A DNA stretch of 64,000 nucleotides, taken from an uncultured Verrucomicrobiae bacterium (GTDB lineage: Bacteria; Verrucomicrobiota; Verrucomicrobiia; Limisphaerales; Palsa-1400). Location of the stretch: assembly GCA_963707025.1 (NCBI GenBank), contig CAVPOM010000008.1, positions 96,001 to 160,000 of the forward strand. The letters run 5' to 3'. Numbering within the stretch: position 1 is the stretch's first letter; each line of letters opens with the position of its first letter. The notes under the pieces were generated by a model, which ran no database searches, was not told where the DNA came from, and saw only the letters and a program-made list of their open reading frames with translations. The position numbers and the translations under genes are program-made. Of the stretch, positions 50,060-60,266 are shown in pieces.

Positions 50060-53000
50060 TCATCCAACGGCAAGCAGTCCGAAGCAGATTTTGGTGAAAC
50101 TCAGCTTCAGTCCTGGCACGCTGCTGTATCTCCCGGCGCTGAAGGGCGCACCGTTCCTTAAGTTTTTGGATCTGACCGAAGGTCGCCTCAGCGAGACTGT
50201 CGCGACCTTTATCCATGTGGGTCCGGAGCACTTCGTTCAATTTCTCGACCCGCCGGAATTCAAAGCGATCGAACGGATGTCTGTTGAATCTTGGCGCGAT
50301 CATCATTCTCGTCCATGCACTGCTGTTCGAAGACGAGAAACTCCTCTGAAGCAAGGGCCTCCAGCCTGGTGACCACCGAGGCAACCTTGGTGAGATCAAC
50401 GTCAATGCCCGGGTCTCGCCAATCCTCGCCGGCACCGATGGCCTGCTCCAGCGCGCGTTCGACTTGGGCACGGTCGGGAAGAGGCTCTCCGGACGTGAGC
50501 GGGGCGGCGAGAAAATGTAGTTTTTCGATTTCTCGGAGGCCGGTAACCTGCCAGCGCTGAACGTTGAAGACATAAATGCCTGGCGCGAGACCCTCTGGGT
50601 GCGCAACGTGGGCGAGTCTTATTGCGACGGGCACGCAGTGGCTTAGCTGCTCGGTGCGAGTTTTCCAGGCGGCGAATCGGACGAGGGGATGGGATTGGGA
50701 AACGATCTCCTCGCCGGCGGCTGGCTTGAGGAAGCTGCGGTTGTCGAAGAGGAGGCGCCGTTTCTGGACGGTGTTGAGGCGGGTTTGGCCGATGAGATTC
50801 CTGAGCTGGAGGAAGCGATCGAACTCGAAAAGAGCATCGTTATCCAGGCAAAGGTCGAAGGAATGGTCGCGTGCGTTTACGCCTTGTAGCCCAGTGACGG
50901 GAAAGCATTTGCGGAAGAAGTCGAGCATGTAGCGCTCGATTTCTTCGGCTTTGATCCAGCGCTCCATCCGGTGGCTCGCTTCGATCTGGCGGAGGATATA
51001 ATCACCGTAAGCGGCGAGGACGACGGCCTTTTCCTCGAGTTCCTCCTGGAATTTGATGCCGTAAGCGAGGGCCTGCTCGGCACGTTTGATGCATTCCTGC
51101 TGCTGCTCCGGCGACAAGCGATGAGTCAGGAGGTCGCGAGTCAGCTCGGAAAGGATTGGCCCCAAAACCGCTTCCAGATCACCCAGGGCGCGGCGGAACA
51201 GGTTCAAGCGCATGTAAAGGCGGTCGTAGATGCGTTCGTCAATAGTGTCTTCGGCGATGAGGTTGAAGATGAGGATGCGGTCAGCTTGTTGCCCAATACG
51301 GTCAAGGCGGCCGATTCGTTGTTCGACAACCATAGGGTTCCAGGGAAGGTCGTAGTTGATGAGCACTTTCGCGAATTCAATGTCCAGCCCTTCGCTGCCG
51401 ACCTCGGAGGAGAGGAGGAGGCGTGCGGTTTTGGATACGCGGAAGTCGTTAATGATTTCCTGCTTGCTCTCGGCCATCCCCCCGAGGAGGAGGATCGTCT
51501 CGATGCCCTTGGCGGCCAGCCTGCGGCGGAGGTAGTGCAGGGTGGGGCGGAAGTAGGAGAAGAGCACGACTTTCTCGGCTGGGTTTTGATCCCAGTAATC
51601 TTTGAGGGTGGAGGCGAGCATGGCGAATTTGGTATCGCATGCTTCAAGGCTGGCCGGGGTTCCAAGGTGCTGGACATTCTCGCTGATGAAGGTGACCAGG
51701 GGGTGGCTTTCATCGCTGTCGGCCGCCGCGTTGTCGAGGTCTGGATTGATCTCCATTTCTTCCTCCAAGTTGAGGGAGTGGGTGTCCCATCGGGCGCAAG
51801 CGGCAGCCATGCAACTGGCAACCTGGCGCTGGGGCATGACGAACAGGAAGCCTGCCGGTAGATCATGCTGCTCGGCATAGCGGAGTACGAGTTCAGTGAC
51901 GCCGTCGTAAAATGCTCGCTCCTGATCCGTGAGTTTCACACGAACGGTGTTCACTTCACGCTCGACACGCCTTCCAGGGATGTCGCGCTTTCTGGTGCGA
52001 TTGATGGCGTGGCCGAGGAGATTGACCTTTTCAACCCGATAGGCCAGTTCAATGCGGCTTTGCGGAGTCGCCAATACGGCAGGATCTCCTTGGATTTGCT
52101 TTTGGATGCTTTCCAGGACGCGGCTGTCTTTGAGGAAGGGGTTGAGCGCAGCCTCAGTGAACTTCTGGCGAATATCCTCAAGCTTACCGGCCGGGTTCAG
52201 GAGGAGGTCGCGCAGGCAGACTAAAGGCGCGTTTGCCTCAAGAATGCTGCGGAAGGCGTAGGGGTTATTAAATGTGTCAGGATCCAGGAGGCGCAGCAGG
52301 TTGTAGAGATTTTCGTTGCTGGTATGGATGGGTGTGGCGGAGAGAAAGACACGATGGCTGGCGGCAGCGGTGGCGAGTTCGCCAAGCTCGGCGGTGCGGT
52401 TCTCCCTGTTCCGCATGTAGTGGGCTTCGTCAATGACGACGAGATCAATGGGGGTTGAATTCGCAGACAGTTCTGATAGGAGATGGGCAACGGCGATGCG
52501 GGGGTTCTTGTCCGGGGCTTCCTCTTGCCAATTGGATGGGGGGCGGAGGCCGTGGAACGAGGCAACAATCGCAAAGGAGTGGTTGGGGTCCTGGCGCAAC
52601 TGGCGGAGGTGGCCGAGGACTTCTTTCGCGCCACAGATTTCGGCTTTGACGCCGAAACGGTTCTTGAGACTCCATGACCCACTTTTCGCGGAGATGCGGT
52701 GGGCAAATGACCAGCAAGTTTCTGGCGCCAGACCGGGCGCGCAATTCAGTCCAGATGAGTCCAGCTTCAATCGTTTTGCCGAGGCCAACTTCGTCGGCGA
52801 TAAGAAGGCTGTTGGTGGGGGATTCGAGAAGCTTTAAAACCGGCTTGAACTGGTAGGGAAGGAACTCGGTCTGGGAAGTCTCCATCGAGTAGATGACGTT
52901 GGCGAGGCGGCCGGTGAGCTTTTCATGGGTGAGGATGCGCTGAAAGCTGGCGAGCCCCTGGATGCGGCCATTCACAAGGTCATCGAGAGGATCTGCGTGG

Positions 53001-53185
53001 GTTGGTTGGCGCTCCAGGTTGGCCGCCCGGTGCCAAGTTGCCACATGGCTGCCATCGAAGAGAACTCTGACCATTAAGATGCCGTTGACGTCCCTGCGAA
53101 AGCGCTCGGCAGAAATCACGCCGGCGCGCTCCGGGTTGCCGATCAGCCGGACACGAATGTTTGATTGGATTTCGCGCTCTTCCAT
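50060..53185 (-). CDS. SNF2/RapA-like helicase (frameshifts near 52670, 50290 and 50095)
   Basis: [62 protein letters not shown]. Confidence 0.88.
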
Positions 53186-53771
53186 GGGGCGGCTAGATGC
53201 TCACATTTGGTAAGTTTGCTCCTGGAAGTGCGTGCAACGTCTCCTCGGCTTGCCGGTTCGTAGTTTGGGTGTACCGGCGGTCTGGTCTCGGACGAGACGC
53301 GTTCCGAGTGGTGGTGCTGTTCGTTGCACCGAGTAACGGCACAGGGATGTCAGCAGATCACTCATACTGCGCACCCCAGTAAGGCGACACCATTTGTGCC
53401 GAACCAGTTGTTGTCCAGTTGGCAGAACATTCGCGGCTATTCTATCACTGTGCGCCTGTTTGCACGAGCAAGGATTTTTGAGCGGTTCCCCCAGATGGGC
53501 AGATTGCATTGGTGAGCGCGGTCGGGGCCTGTTCCGGTGTCTGGCCGTCCAAGTCGTTGATCCCCAGTCTTTCAACTGCCCTGCCATCGCCAGGCTGCTG
53601 AATGTCGCGAATAAATCTCCCGGTGGTTGAATGGCCACCCAGTAATTCAGCAGGTGCTCACGCCTGGAACAAGGCACCGCGACGGCCTTTCTAACGCCTG
53701 CCAGTACCACGGCCATGACGAGGAAAGCGTTCAGACCGTTTTTCCATCGGCGCAGGCGGCGGTAGAAGGAA

Positions 53772-53806
53772 ATCCAGCGCATTGGATAAAATCCAACGGG
53801 TTGGAT
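53772..53806. promoter_or_regulatory. Tandem 16-bp palindromic operator-like sites ATCCA-N6-TGGAT
   Basis: ATCCAGCGCATTGGAT (53772-53787) and ATCCAACGGGTTGGAT (53791-53806), in a divergent intergenic region. Confidence 0.55.
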
Positions 53807-54078
53807 ATGAGTTTACGGATGTTACGGCCTCCGCATAATCGCCACGATGAAAGAGAAATCAAGTTTCGGCGCGGGGCACGCATTGGCTAATCAACAGGCA
53901 CCCGGCCTCATCGAGAACCAACCGCATCGCCTGGGTGAAACGCACCTGTTGGCGGAATTGCGCGGAGGCAAAAATTGCTGGGGATTGGTGGCCGTTCAGG
54001 CTTGCGCCGCAGGTCGGCGATTAACGCGAGATGTTGAGGTTGGTCCATTGTCTCCATTTCAATAAATTAAATTCAACC

Positions 54079-54702
54079 ATGTCCAATCCAACACTTGGAA
54101 TAACCCTGGCAGCTCCCACAATTGCGGTTTCTGCCACCGCTGTGGGATCCGAATACATTCGGCTTCCGCGCCCTGGCGAGCACGACCCGTTCTTCGGCCT
54201 CACGCGCTCATATCTGAATCTTCTCATTTTGCCCTCAAGAGAGAACGACTTCCGGCCTCCAGTGCGCAGCAGCGTGTTGCGACAAGGGAACGCGAGGACG
54301 GGCGTGCGCTTGGTGAATGTGGCCAGCTTGCGAGCGCATCTAAAAAATCAAATGCAAGCCGCAGATGAGCAATCCTCAGTTGCACCAGTTGGCGAAGAGG
54401 CCTCGGACCAGCCACCACCCATTTCGAACGTGGAATTCTTGCGCGTCCCCAAGCCGAAAGCGCGGGACCCGCTCTTCGGTCTTTCACGCTCGTTTTTAAA
54501 CCAATTGATTTTGCCCTGTGAGGAAAACGGACATCGCCCGCCTGTGCGCAGCCATGTGCTTCGAAGAAGGGGTTATCGCACTGGAATCCGGCTCATAAGC
54601 GTGGACAGTCTGCGGGATCACATCAGGGCGCACGAGGATCCCAGCGCAAGCCCTCCAGATTCAACGGCGACCACACATGGCACTGGGCAAGGCGATATTT
54701 AA
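54079..54702 (+). CDS. Protein with two tandem AlpA/excisionase-like DNA-binding domains
   Basis: The motif E(Y/F).R.P.P...DP.FGL.RS.LN.LILP..EN..RPPVRS.VLR.....TG.RL....SLR.H occurs twice; close to the integrase. Confidence 0.65.
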   Translation: MSNPTLGITLAAPTIAVSATAVGSEYIRLPRPGEHDPFFGLTRSYLNLLILPSRENDFRPPVRSSVLRQGNARTGVRLVNVASLRAHLKNQMQAADEQSSVAPVGEEASDQPPPISNVEFLRVPKPKARDPLFGLSRSFLNQLILPCEENGHRPPVRSHVLRRRGYRTGIRLISVDSLRDHIRAHEDPSASPPDSTATTHGTGQGDI

Positions 54703-55319
54703 CTTCCCAGATCCTCAGCGAGATCCTTCAACACGCGTTTCGCGAGCACCCGGACCTGCCTGCTGTGGTCTCTAACTCTGTGATACGGCACATGGTCCGC
54801 CCAAAAGAATGACTTTTCCCACTCATCAATGTCTGGAAGCAACTTTGGCGGGGCCTTCCTGTGAAGCCGCAGAAAAAACTCCCTTTTGAGGTCCACCAGG
54901 CTGGCATCCGCATCGGGCTCAGTCCCGGCTACGAGCACAACGGTGGTTTGCTCTTCTTCGCCGTCCCAGGTGCGATGAATCAACTCATGGATAAAGAGCA
55001 GCTCGCGGTTTCGCCAAGTTCCTTCTATCACGGAATTGGTGGCCGATCTGATGTAATGCAGGAAGGCGCTTTTTGTTCGCACATGTTCCATCTTTGGCCG
55101 GCGGCCGGAATTGCCATTCCGGGTCCCGCGAATAAGTGAGAGCAATGCCTTTTGGACCGCATCCTCCCCTGAAAACCGGCTGCGGGGGAGCCAACCCAGC
55201 CGGCGTTCGGCAAATTCGGCCAATCGATTTAGATCCGCGGCTGTGAGCTGGTGCAACTGTTCAATTGTGAGCGCTCGAATTTGACCAAGGCGCGCTGCCT
55301 TTTTCGACGGCGTTTCCAT
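54699..55319 (-). CDS. Hypothetical protein resembling sigma-70 region 2
   Basis: LAEFAERRL...GEDAVQKALLSL...FLHYIRSATNSVI pattern; region 4 not clear. Confidence 0.45.
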   Translation of the reverse strand: METPSKKAARLGQIRALTIEQLHQLTAADLNRLAEFAERRLGWLPRSRFSGEDAVQKALLSLIRGTRNGNSGRRPKMEHVRTKSAFLHYIRSATNSVIEGTWRNRELLFIHELIHRTWDGEEEQTTVVLVAGTEPDADASLVDLKREFFLRLHRKAPPKLLPDIDEWEKSFFWADHVPYHRVRDHSRQVRVLAKRVLKDLAEDLGS

Positions 55320-55460
55320 GATCTTTCGTTTGGCGCAGATTTCTCTGGCCAAACAAGCGCCGGCTGACCGGGAGACTTCCGTTGGGGGCGGATGAAGAGC
55401 GTGAAGGGCGGCCAGGCGCGATCCGGAGCCTCGCTGACTGCCTTCGCCGGGTGAAGGGAT

Positions 55461-56527
55461 TTACTTTGCGGCTCGAACTTGCTGGGTTTCCACATCCACC
55501 TCCTGCGGCAAGAGAATCACCTTGCCGCCGCCATTCTGGTAAGCCACTTCATAATCCTCCAATGCCGGAATTTTCACCTTCGCCTTTTTCGCATAGGCGC
55601 GGGCCACCGCCTTGGAACCGTGTCCCAGCCCGGATTGCGCGTGCCGTTCGGGATAGCCACAGGTGGCGGCGCGTTCCGCCCATCCGTAACGATAGCTGTG
55701 CAGCGTGACCCCCTCGATGCCCAGCCCACGGCAGCGCTGCTTGAATTCGGTGGCGCGGTATTTTTCACGGATCGTGATCAGATACGGGAAAAGCGGACCC
55801 AACTTCGGCCGCCTCGCCAGAACGGCTGCCGTTTTATCCCGAAGCGCTGGAGCGCGTCCCTGCCGTTTTTCTTCCGGCGATAAAACACCGTGCGGTCCTT
55901 CCAGTTTACATCCTCGGCATGCAGCGATGCAACATCCGTCTGGGAGCCTCCCAAAAACCACAGCAACTCGTAATAATCGCGCCGCTCCGGGTTCTTCTCG
56001 CGCGCGATGATCTGCTGGTGTTCCCCCAGCGTGATGCCGCGCTTTTCGCCGTACACGACCTTGGGCCATTGCTTCCTGGCCAGAATGCCCCAGGCCAGCC
56101 AGTTCATGGCCAGGGCATGGTTGTGCAGCCGCCGCAGGAACACATTGGTCAATACCGTGCCATGCTTGAGCATCTTTAACAGATGATCGGCCCGTGTTTG
56201 CACTACCGGGAGATTCCAAAGAGCGGCCAGGGCCTTGTCCTTTTCCGTGTTCTCCCAGCGTGTCCGGGTGGGCCCGGTTTTCTCCTCGATGATGGAGCGG
56301 ATAACGTCGCGCCAGGTTCGTTCTGGCATGAGGGGATCGGATGCCACCATGTAAGCTCGGGCGATTTGCAGATTGAGAGTTCCCATCTGCCCGGCTTCAT
56401 TTTTCGCGTGCAGGATGCGCCCGGCATCAACTTTGTCACAGGTGTGCAGGCTCTCCTGCTTCCCCGTGGCATTGTCTTGACAGTAGTAAACCTTCTTCCG
56501 CCGATAAAGTCGAAAGCTGTGCTTCAT
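55461..56527 (-). CDS. Tyrosine recombinase/integrase (frameshift near 55840)
   Basis: N-terminal YRRKKVYY..DN.TGKQESL arm-like domain; TLHSYRY, LGHGSKAVARAY. Confidence 0.9.
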
Positions 56528-56647
56528 GACCGGCTCCAGTCGGGAAGAAGTTTAGAGCAGACGAAAACAGCACCGTTATGAAGTTCAAGGCTAGTTCTAT
56601 GGTAGTACGAGCATAGTTCGAGCCAGTTTGAGGCGACTGCGTCATTT

Positions 56648-56667
56648 TGCTGGCATTTCTGCTGGCA
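56648..56667. repeat. Direct repeat TGCTGGCA x2 (12-bp period), possible integrase arm-type sites
   Basis: 56648-56655 and 56660-56667, between the integrase start and the tRNA 3' end. Confidence 0.45.
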
Positions 56668-56715
56668 CTTTATTTTTTTAAAGTTACAACTGATTGCAGC
56701 AGAGCATGTTAAAGA

Positions 56716-56790
56716 TGGAGGCGGGGGTCGGAATTGAACCGACGCATACAGCTTTTGCAGAGCCGTGCCTTACCACTTGGCTACCCCGCC
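56716..56790 (-). tRNA. tRNA-Cys (GCA)
   Basis: GGCGGGGTAGCCAAGTGGTAAGGCACGGCTCTGCAAAAGCTGTATGCGTCGGTTCAATTCCGACCCCCGCCTCCA: 7-bp acceptor stem, GCA anticodon, TTC loop, U73, encoded CCA. Confidence 0.98.
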
Positions 56791-56857
56791 CCATTCCGAA
56801 AAATCGTACCGCTTTATCACGCGCACGCAAGCTAACTTTTGCGCCGCTGCCACCACC

Positions 56858-58201
56858 CTATCCGGCCTGACGGATCCATTTCTTCCAGATCAGGGCGAAG
56901 GAGGGAGCGAAGTCGCGCGGAGTTCGGGCCAGCCAATGGTTGACTTGGGCAGAGGTGAACCAGGCGCCGCGCTCGATTTCTTCGGGGTGCAGGGTGAAGG
57001 GGCCTTCTGACTCGCCCCGATAGACCCGGATAAATTCCTGGCCGGTTTCGGCGCAGGCGGCGATTTTGAATAACGGCCGGAGGGGAACGGGGGCGCTCCA
57101 ACCCAGTTCTTCGCGCAGTTCGCGCACGGCGCCGGCGGCGTAGTCCTCGCCGCTGCCCAGATGGCCGGAGGCGGAGGAATCCCAGGCGCCAGGAAAAGTG
57201 TCCTTGGTCATCGAGCGCTTTTGCAGAAAGATCCGGCCGCGGCCATCAAAGACCAGGACGTGGACGGCCCGGTGTTTGTGGCCGTCGCGATGGACCAGGC
57301 GGCGCGGGAGCTGGCCGATGACCTCATCCTGGCCGTTGACAATGTCAAAAATTTCCTCGGGCATGGGTGAATCAGTTTGGGGGCGGCCCAGGATTTCGAC
57401 CAGGCGGACGAATTGTTCGAGGGTGACGGCCTCGGCGCGGATTTGCGGGGAGAGGGCCAGTTGGCCGAAAGCCTGGGCCAGCCGGGCCTCGGGCCAGTCT
57501 TGTTTGAGGAGTTTGAACATCATTTTTCGCCGCTGGGAGAAAGCGCGCTTGACCAGGGCGGCAAACCGGGCCTGCCCTTCGGGCGCCAGCAAGGCAACGG
57601 GCCGCCGAATGAGGGTGACGCAGGCGCTGTCAACCTCCGGCTCCGGGAAGAAACAGGAGGGTGGGATTTTGAACCAGCCGGCGCATTGGCAGGGCAGTTG
57701 CAGCAGGAGGCCAAGAATTCCATAGTGCTTGCTGCCGGCCCCGGCGGCGATGCGCCGGGCCACTTCGATTTGCAGGGTGGCCACCATCCGCTCCGGCGGG
57801 TTTTCGGCCCGGGCCAACTCCACCAGCATGGCGGAACCGGCCGAGTAGGGCAAATTGGAGACCAGCTTCCAGCCGCTCCAGGAGCGGTGGGTTTTCAGGT
57901 AGCCCAGGGCATCGTCGTGGAGCAGTTGCAAATGGGTGTGGCCCGCGAATTTTTGTTGCAGGAAATCGAAGAGGCGCCGGTCTTTCTCGATGGCCAGCAC
58001 TTGGGCGCCGCACTCCAGCAGCCCCTGGGTCAGCGGACCGAGGCCGGGGCCGATTTCCAGAATCTTGTCCTGCGGCCCGGCCTGCGCGGCGGCCAGAATG
58101 CGGCGGACCTGGTTCTGGTCGTGCAAAAAATTCTGGCCGAGCGATTTGGACAATGACAAAGCGCGTTCCGAGAGGATTTTCCGGATGTCGCTCAGGGTCA
58201 T
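56858..58201 (-). CDS. rsmA: 16S rRNA dimethyltransferase RsmA/KsgA fused to a C-terminal NUDIX domain
   Basis: SLGQNFL, LEIGPGLG, VSNLPY, FSQRRK; then HRAVHV, SASGH..GE...GAVRELREELG. Confidence 0.93.
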   Translation of the reverse strand: MTLSDIRKILSERALSLSKSLGQNFLHDQNQVRRILAAAQAGPQDKILEIGPGLGPLTQGLLECGAQVLAIEKDRRLFDFLQQKFAGHTHLQLLHDDALGYLKTHRSWSGWKLVSNLPYSAGSAMLVELARAENPPERMVATLQIEVARRIAAGAGSKHYGILGLLLQLPCQCAGWFKIPPSCFFPEPEVDSACVTLIRRPVALLAPEGQARFAALVKRAFSQRRKMMFKLLKQDWPEARLAQAFGQLALSPQIRAEAVTLEQFVRLVEILGRPQTDSPMPEEIFDIVNGQDEVIGQLPRRLVHRDGHKHRAVHVLVFDGRGRIFLQKRSMTKDTFPGAWDSSASGHLGSGEDYAAGAVRELREELGWSAPVPLRPLFKIAACAETGQEFIRVYRGESEGPFTLHPEEIERGAWFTSAQVNHWLARTPRDFAPSFALIWKKWIRQAG

Positions 58202-59517
58202 CTGGCGGGCAGATTTTTGAGGGCCTGGCCGAAGACGCGCGCCGTGGCGGCCAGTTGGGCGCGGGTGATGGTCAGGGGCGGGGTGAAACTGATTGTATTT
58301 GACGCTTCTCCTTCCGGCAGGACGATGAAGCCGACGCGCAACATGTCCCGCAGCACGCCCAGGGCCGCGGCGGAGGAGGGCGCGCCGTCCGGCTGGCGGA
58401 TTTCCACGCCAGCCATGAGGCCCAGGCCGCGAATTTCAAACTGATATGCCGACGGCGGAATGCGGACGCGCAGTTCTTGCAGGAAGAATTGGCCGAGGGC
58501 GGCGCTGCGCTCCGCCAGGCGGCGTGTTTGAATCTCCTGGATTTGCGCCAGGGCCATGGCGCAGCCGACCGGATGGCCGAGGAAGGTGCTGGTATGGATG
58601 GCTTCGCCGGTGGAGCGCGGCCAGGCGGCGTCCATCAGATCGGCACGCCCGACGCAAGCGGAGAGGGGAAATCCGCCGGTCAGGGCCTTGCCCAGGCAAA
58701 TCACATCCGGCACAACGCCGCCGTGCTCGCAGGCGAACCATTTGCCGGTGCGCCCAAAGCCGGTGTAAATCTCGTCCAGTATTAGCAACGCGCCAAACTG
58801 GTCGCACAGATCGCGCAGGAGCGGGACAAAGCCGGCGGGCGGAACGTTGATGCCGCCCCGGGCCTGGACCGGCTCGGCCAGAATCGCGCCGAAGGAATTG
58901 CCTCTGTGCAATTTTCGAATCGCGCCCGCAAGCGCGGGCAGAGCGGAGTCGTTTTTCGGAAACGGGGCGAAGGCGGCGAATTTGGCCAATTGCGCCCGGA
59001 AGGGAGCGCGGAAATGGGCGCGATGGGTCGCGTTGAGCGCGCCGTAACCCAGTCCATGATACGCGCCGGTGAAGGCGAGAATCCGGGGCCTGCCGGTGGC
59101 GAGCAGCGCCGTTTTGAGGGCCGCTTCCACCGCTTCAAAACCGGAATTGGTGAAAATGGTTTTGCCGGTGAGACGCCGCTCCTCGGTCCAGGCCGCGGTC
59201 CAGCGTTCGAAGGTGATGCGGCTGAGTTGGCGGGCCAGTTCGGCTTTGCGGGCGTGCGGGTAAACGTCGCCCATGGCATGCAGGAGAACGCCCATCTGCC
59301 GCCGCGCCGCCGCCACCACGCGCCCATTGGCGTGGCCCGCCGCCGCCACGCCGAACGCCGCCGTCAAGTCGAGATATTTTTTGCCGGCCGCGTCCCAAAC
59401 ATGGACTCCGCCGGCCCGCTCCCACACGGCCGGCGCGGAAAGGTCCGGGGCGATGGCCAGGATGTTGGGCGATTCGTAGTCGCGCAGCAGCCCCAGGATT
59501 TTTTGCGTGCGGTTCAT
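58198..59517 (-). CDS. Class III PLP aminotransferase
   Basis: YLDLTAAFGV, NSGFEAVEAALK, EPVQARGG, LDEIYTGFGRTG, GKALTGG. Confidence 0.93.
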   Translation of the reverse strand: MNRTQKILGLLRDYESPNILAIAPDLSAPAVWERAGGVHVWDAAGKKYLDLTAAFGVAAAGHANGRVVAAARRQMGVLLHAMGDVYPHARKAELARQLSRITFERWTAAWTEERRLTGKTIFTNSGFEAVEAALKTALLATGRPRILAFTGAYHGLGYGALNATHRAHFRAPFRAQLAKFAAFAPFPKNDSALPALAGAIRKLHRGNSFGAILAEPVQARGGINVPPAGFVPLLRDLCDQFGALLILDEIYTGFGRTGKWFACEHGGVVPDVICLGKALTGGFPLSACVGRADLMDAAWPRSTGEAIHTSTFLGHPVGCAMALAQIQEIQTRRLAERSAALGQFFLQELRVRIPPSAYQFEIRGLGLMAGVEIRQPDGAPSSAAALGVLRDMLRVGFIVLPEGEASNTISFTPPLTITRAQLAATARVFGQALKNLPAR

Positions 59518-59518
59518 G

Positions 59519-60253
59519 TCAGACTCCGCGCTGGTCCGGGGGCCAGATGAATTTGTGCATTTGCAGTTGAAAGCGGACGGGCAGGGCGTCGGCGATGATT
59601 TTTTCGACGAGTTGGCGCCGGGTGATGGCGGTTTGGCCGGGCGGGACTTTTTTCAGGGATTTGTCCTGCTGGTGCGGCTGGAGGGGCGACACCCAGGAAA
59701 AAAGGACGGGACAGATTTTGGCGAGCTGGCGGGCGGCCAGTTGTTCCCTGGCCCAGTCATAATCCTGCGCGGTGCCGATGACGAATTTGATTTCGTCGGT
59801 GGGCTTGAGGAGCGGCAGGTTCTGCCAGCGGTTGCGCTTCAGTTCGCCGCTGCCGGGGCATTTCAAGTCCATGATGCGATGAACGCGGGGGTCCACCGGG
59901 GCGATGTCCAGCGCGCCGCTGGTTTCCAGAAGCACGGTGTAGCCCGCGTCGCACAGGGACTTCATCAAGGGGAGCGAGTTTTTTTGCAGGAGCGGTTCGC
60001 CGCCGGTCAGTTCGACCAGGGGAAGGCGGGAATGGAGCATGGCGACGGGAGCCTGGTGAAAAGGCGCGGCCAGTCCGGCGACGCGGGCGGTGATTTCGGC
60101 CAGGGTCATTTTGCGGCCCTGGGTGAAGGCGTAGGCGGTGTCGCAATAAGAGCAGCGCAAATTGCAGGCCGTCAGCCGGATAAAAATGCAGGGCAGCCCG
60201 GCAAAAGTGCTTTCCCCTTGCAGGCTCAAATAAATTTCGTTGATGGTCAACAC
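59519..60253 (-). CDS. queE: 7-carboxy-7-deazaguanine synthase (radical SAM)
   Basis: NEIYLSLQGES, CNLRCSYCDT, LTGGEPL, ETSG, QLQMHK. Confidence 0.9.
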   Translation of the reverse strand: MLTINEIYLSLQGESTFAGLPCIFIRLTACNLRCSYCDTAYAFTQGRKMTLAEITARVAGLAAPFHQAPVAMLHSRLPLVELTGGEPLLQKNSLPLMKSLCDAGYTVLLETSGALDIAPVDPRVHRIMDLKCPGSGELKRNRWQNLPLLKPTDEIKFVIGTAQDYDWAREQLAARQLAKICPVLFSWVSPLQPHQQDKSLKKVPPGQTAITRRQLVEKIIADALPVRFQLQMHKFIWPPDQRGV

Positions 60254-60266
60254 TATGGAAATAATC

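Larger units (their letters stand above)
1..56715. mobile_element. Genomic (defence) island integrated at the 3' end of tRNA-Cys; left boundary uncertain (about 5030, or outside the window)
   Basis: Tyrosine integrase 55461-56527 lies directly beside the tRNA-Cys 3' end. Two excisionase-like genes, many defence genes and no housekeeping genes. Visibly less GC-rich than the core genes right of the tRNA. Confidence 0.85.

Noticed and set aside
48477..50606. 709-aa ORF as a single protein
   Set aside because: Its first ~190 aa are partly the frameshifted SNF2 tail; the ATPase most likely starts at 50039 after an RBS-like sequence.
41404..53185. Canonical DISARM or BREX
   Set aside because: SNF2, adenine MTase and PLD are present, but I see no DrmA/DrmB (DUF1998), PglZ or BrxC genes.
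53201..53782. 193-aa minus-strand ORF
   Set aside because: No motif, non-protein-like composition, and it overlaps the operator-like palindromes.
59519..60253. queE as part of a 7-deazaguanine DNA-modification (dpd) system
   Set aside because: No dpdA/tgt-like or other que genes nearby; it sits in a core-like operon with the aminotransferase and rsmA.
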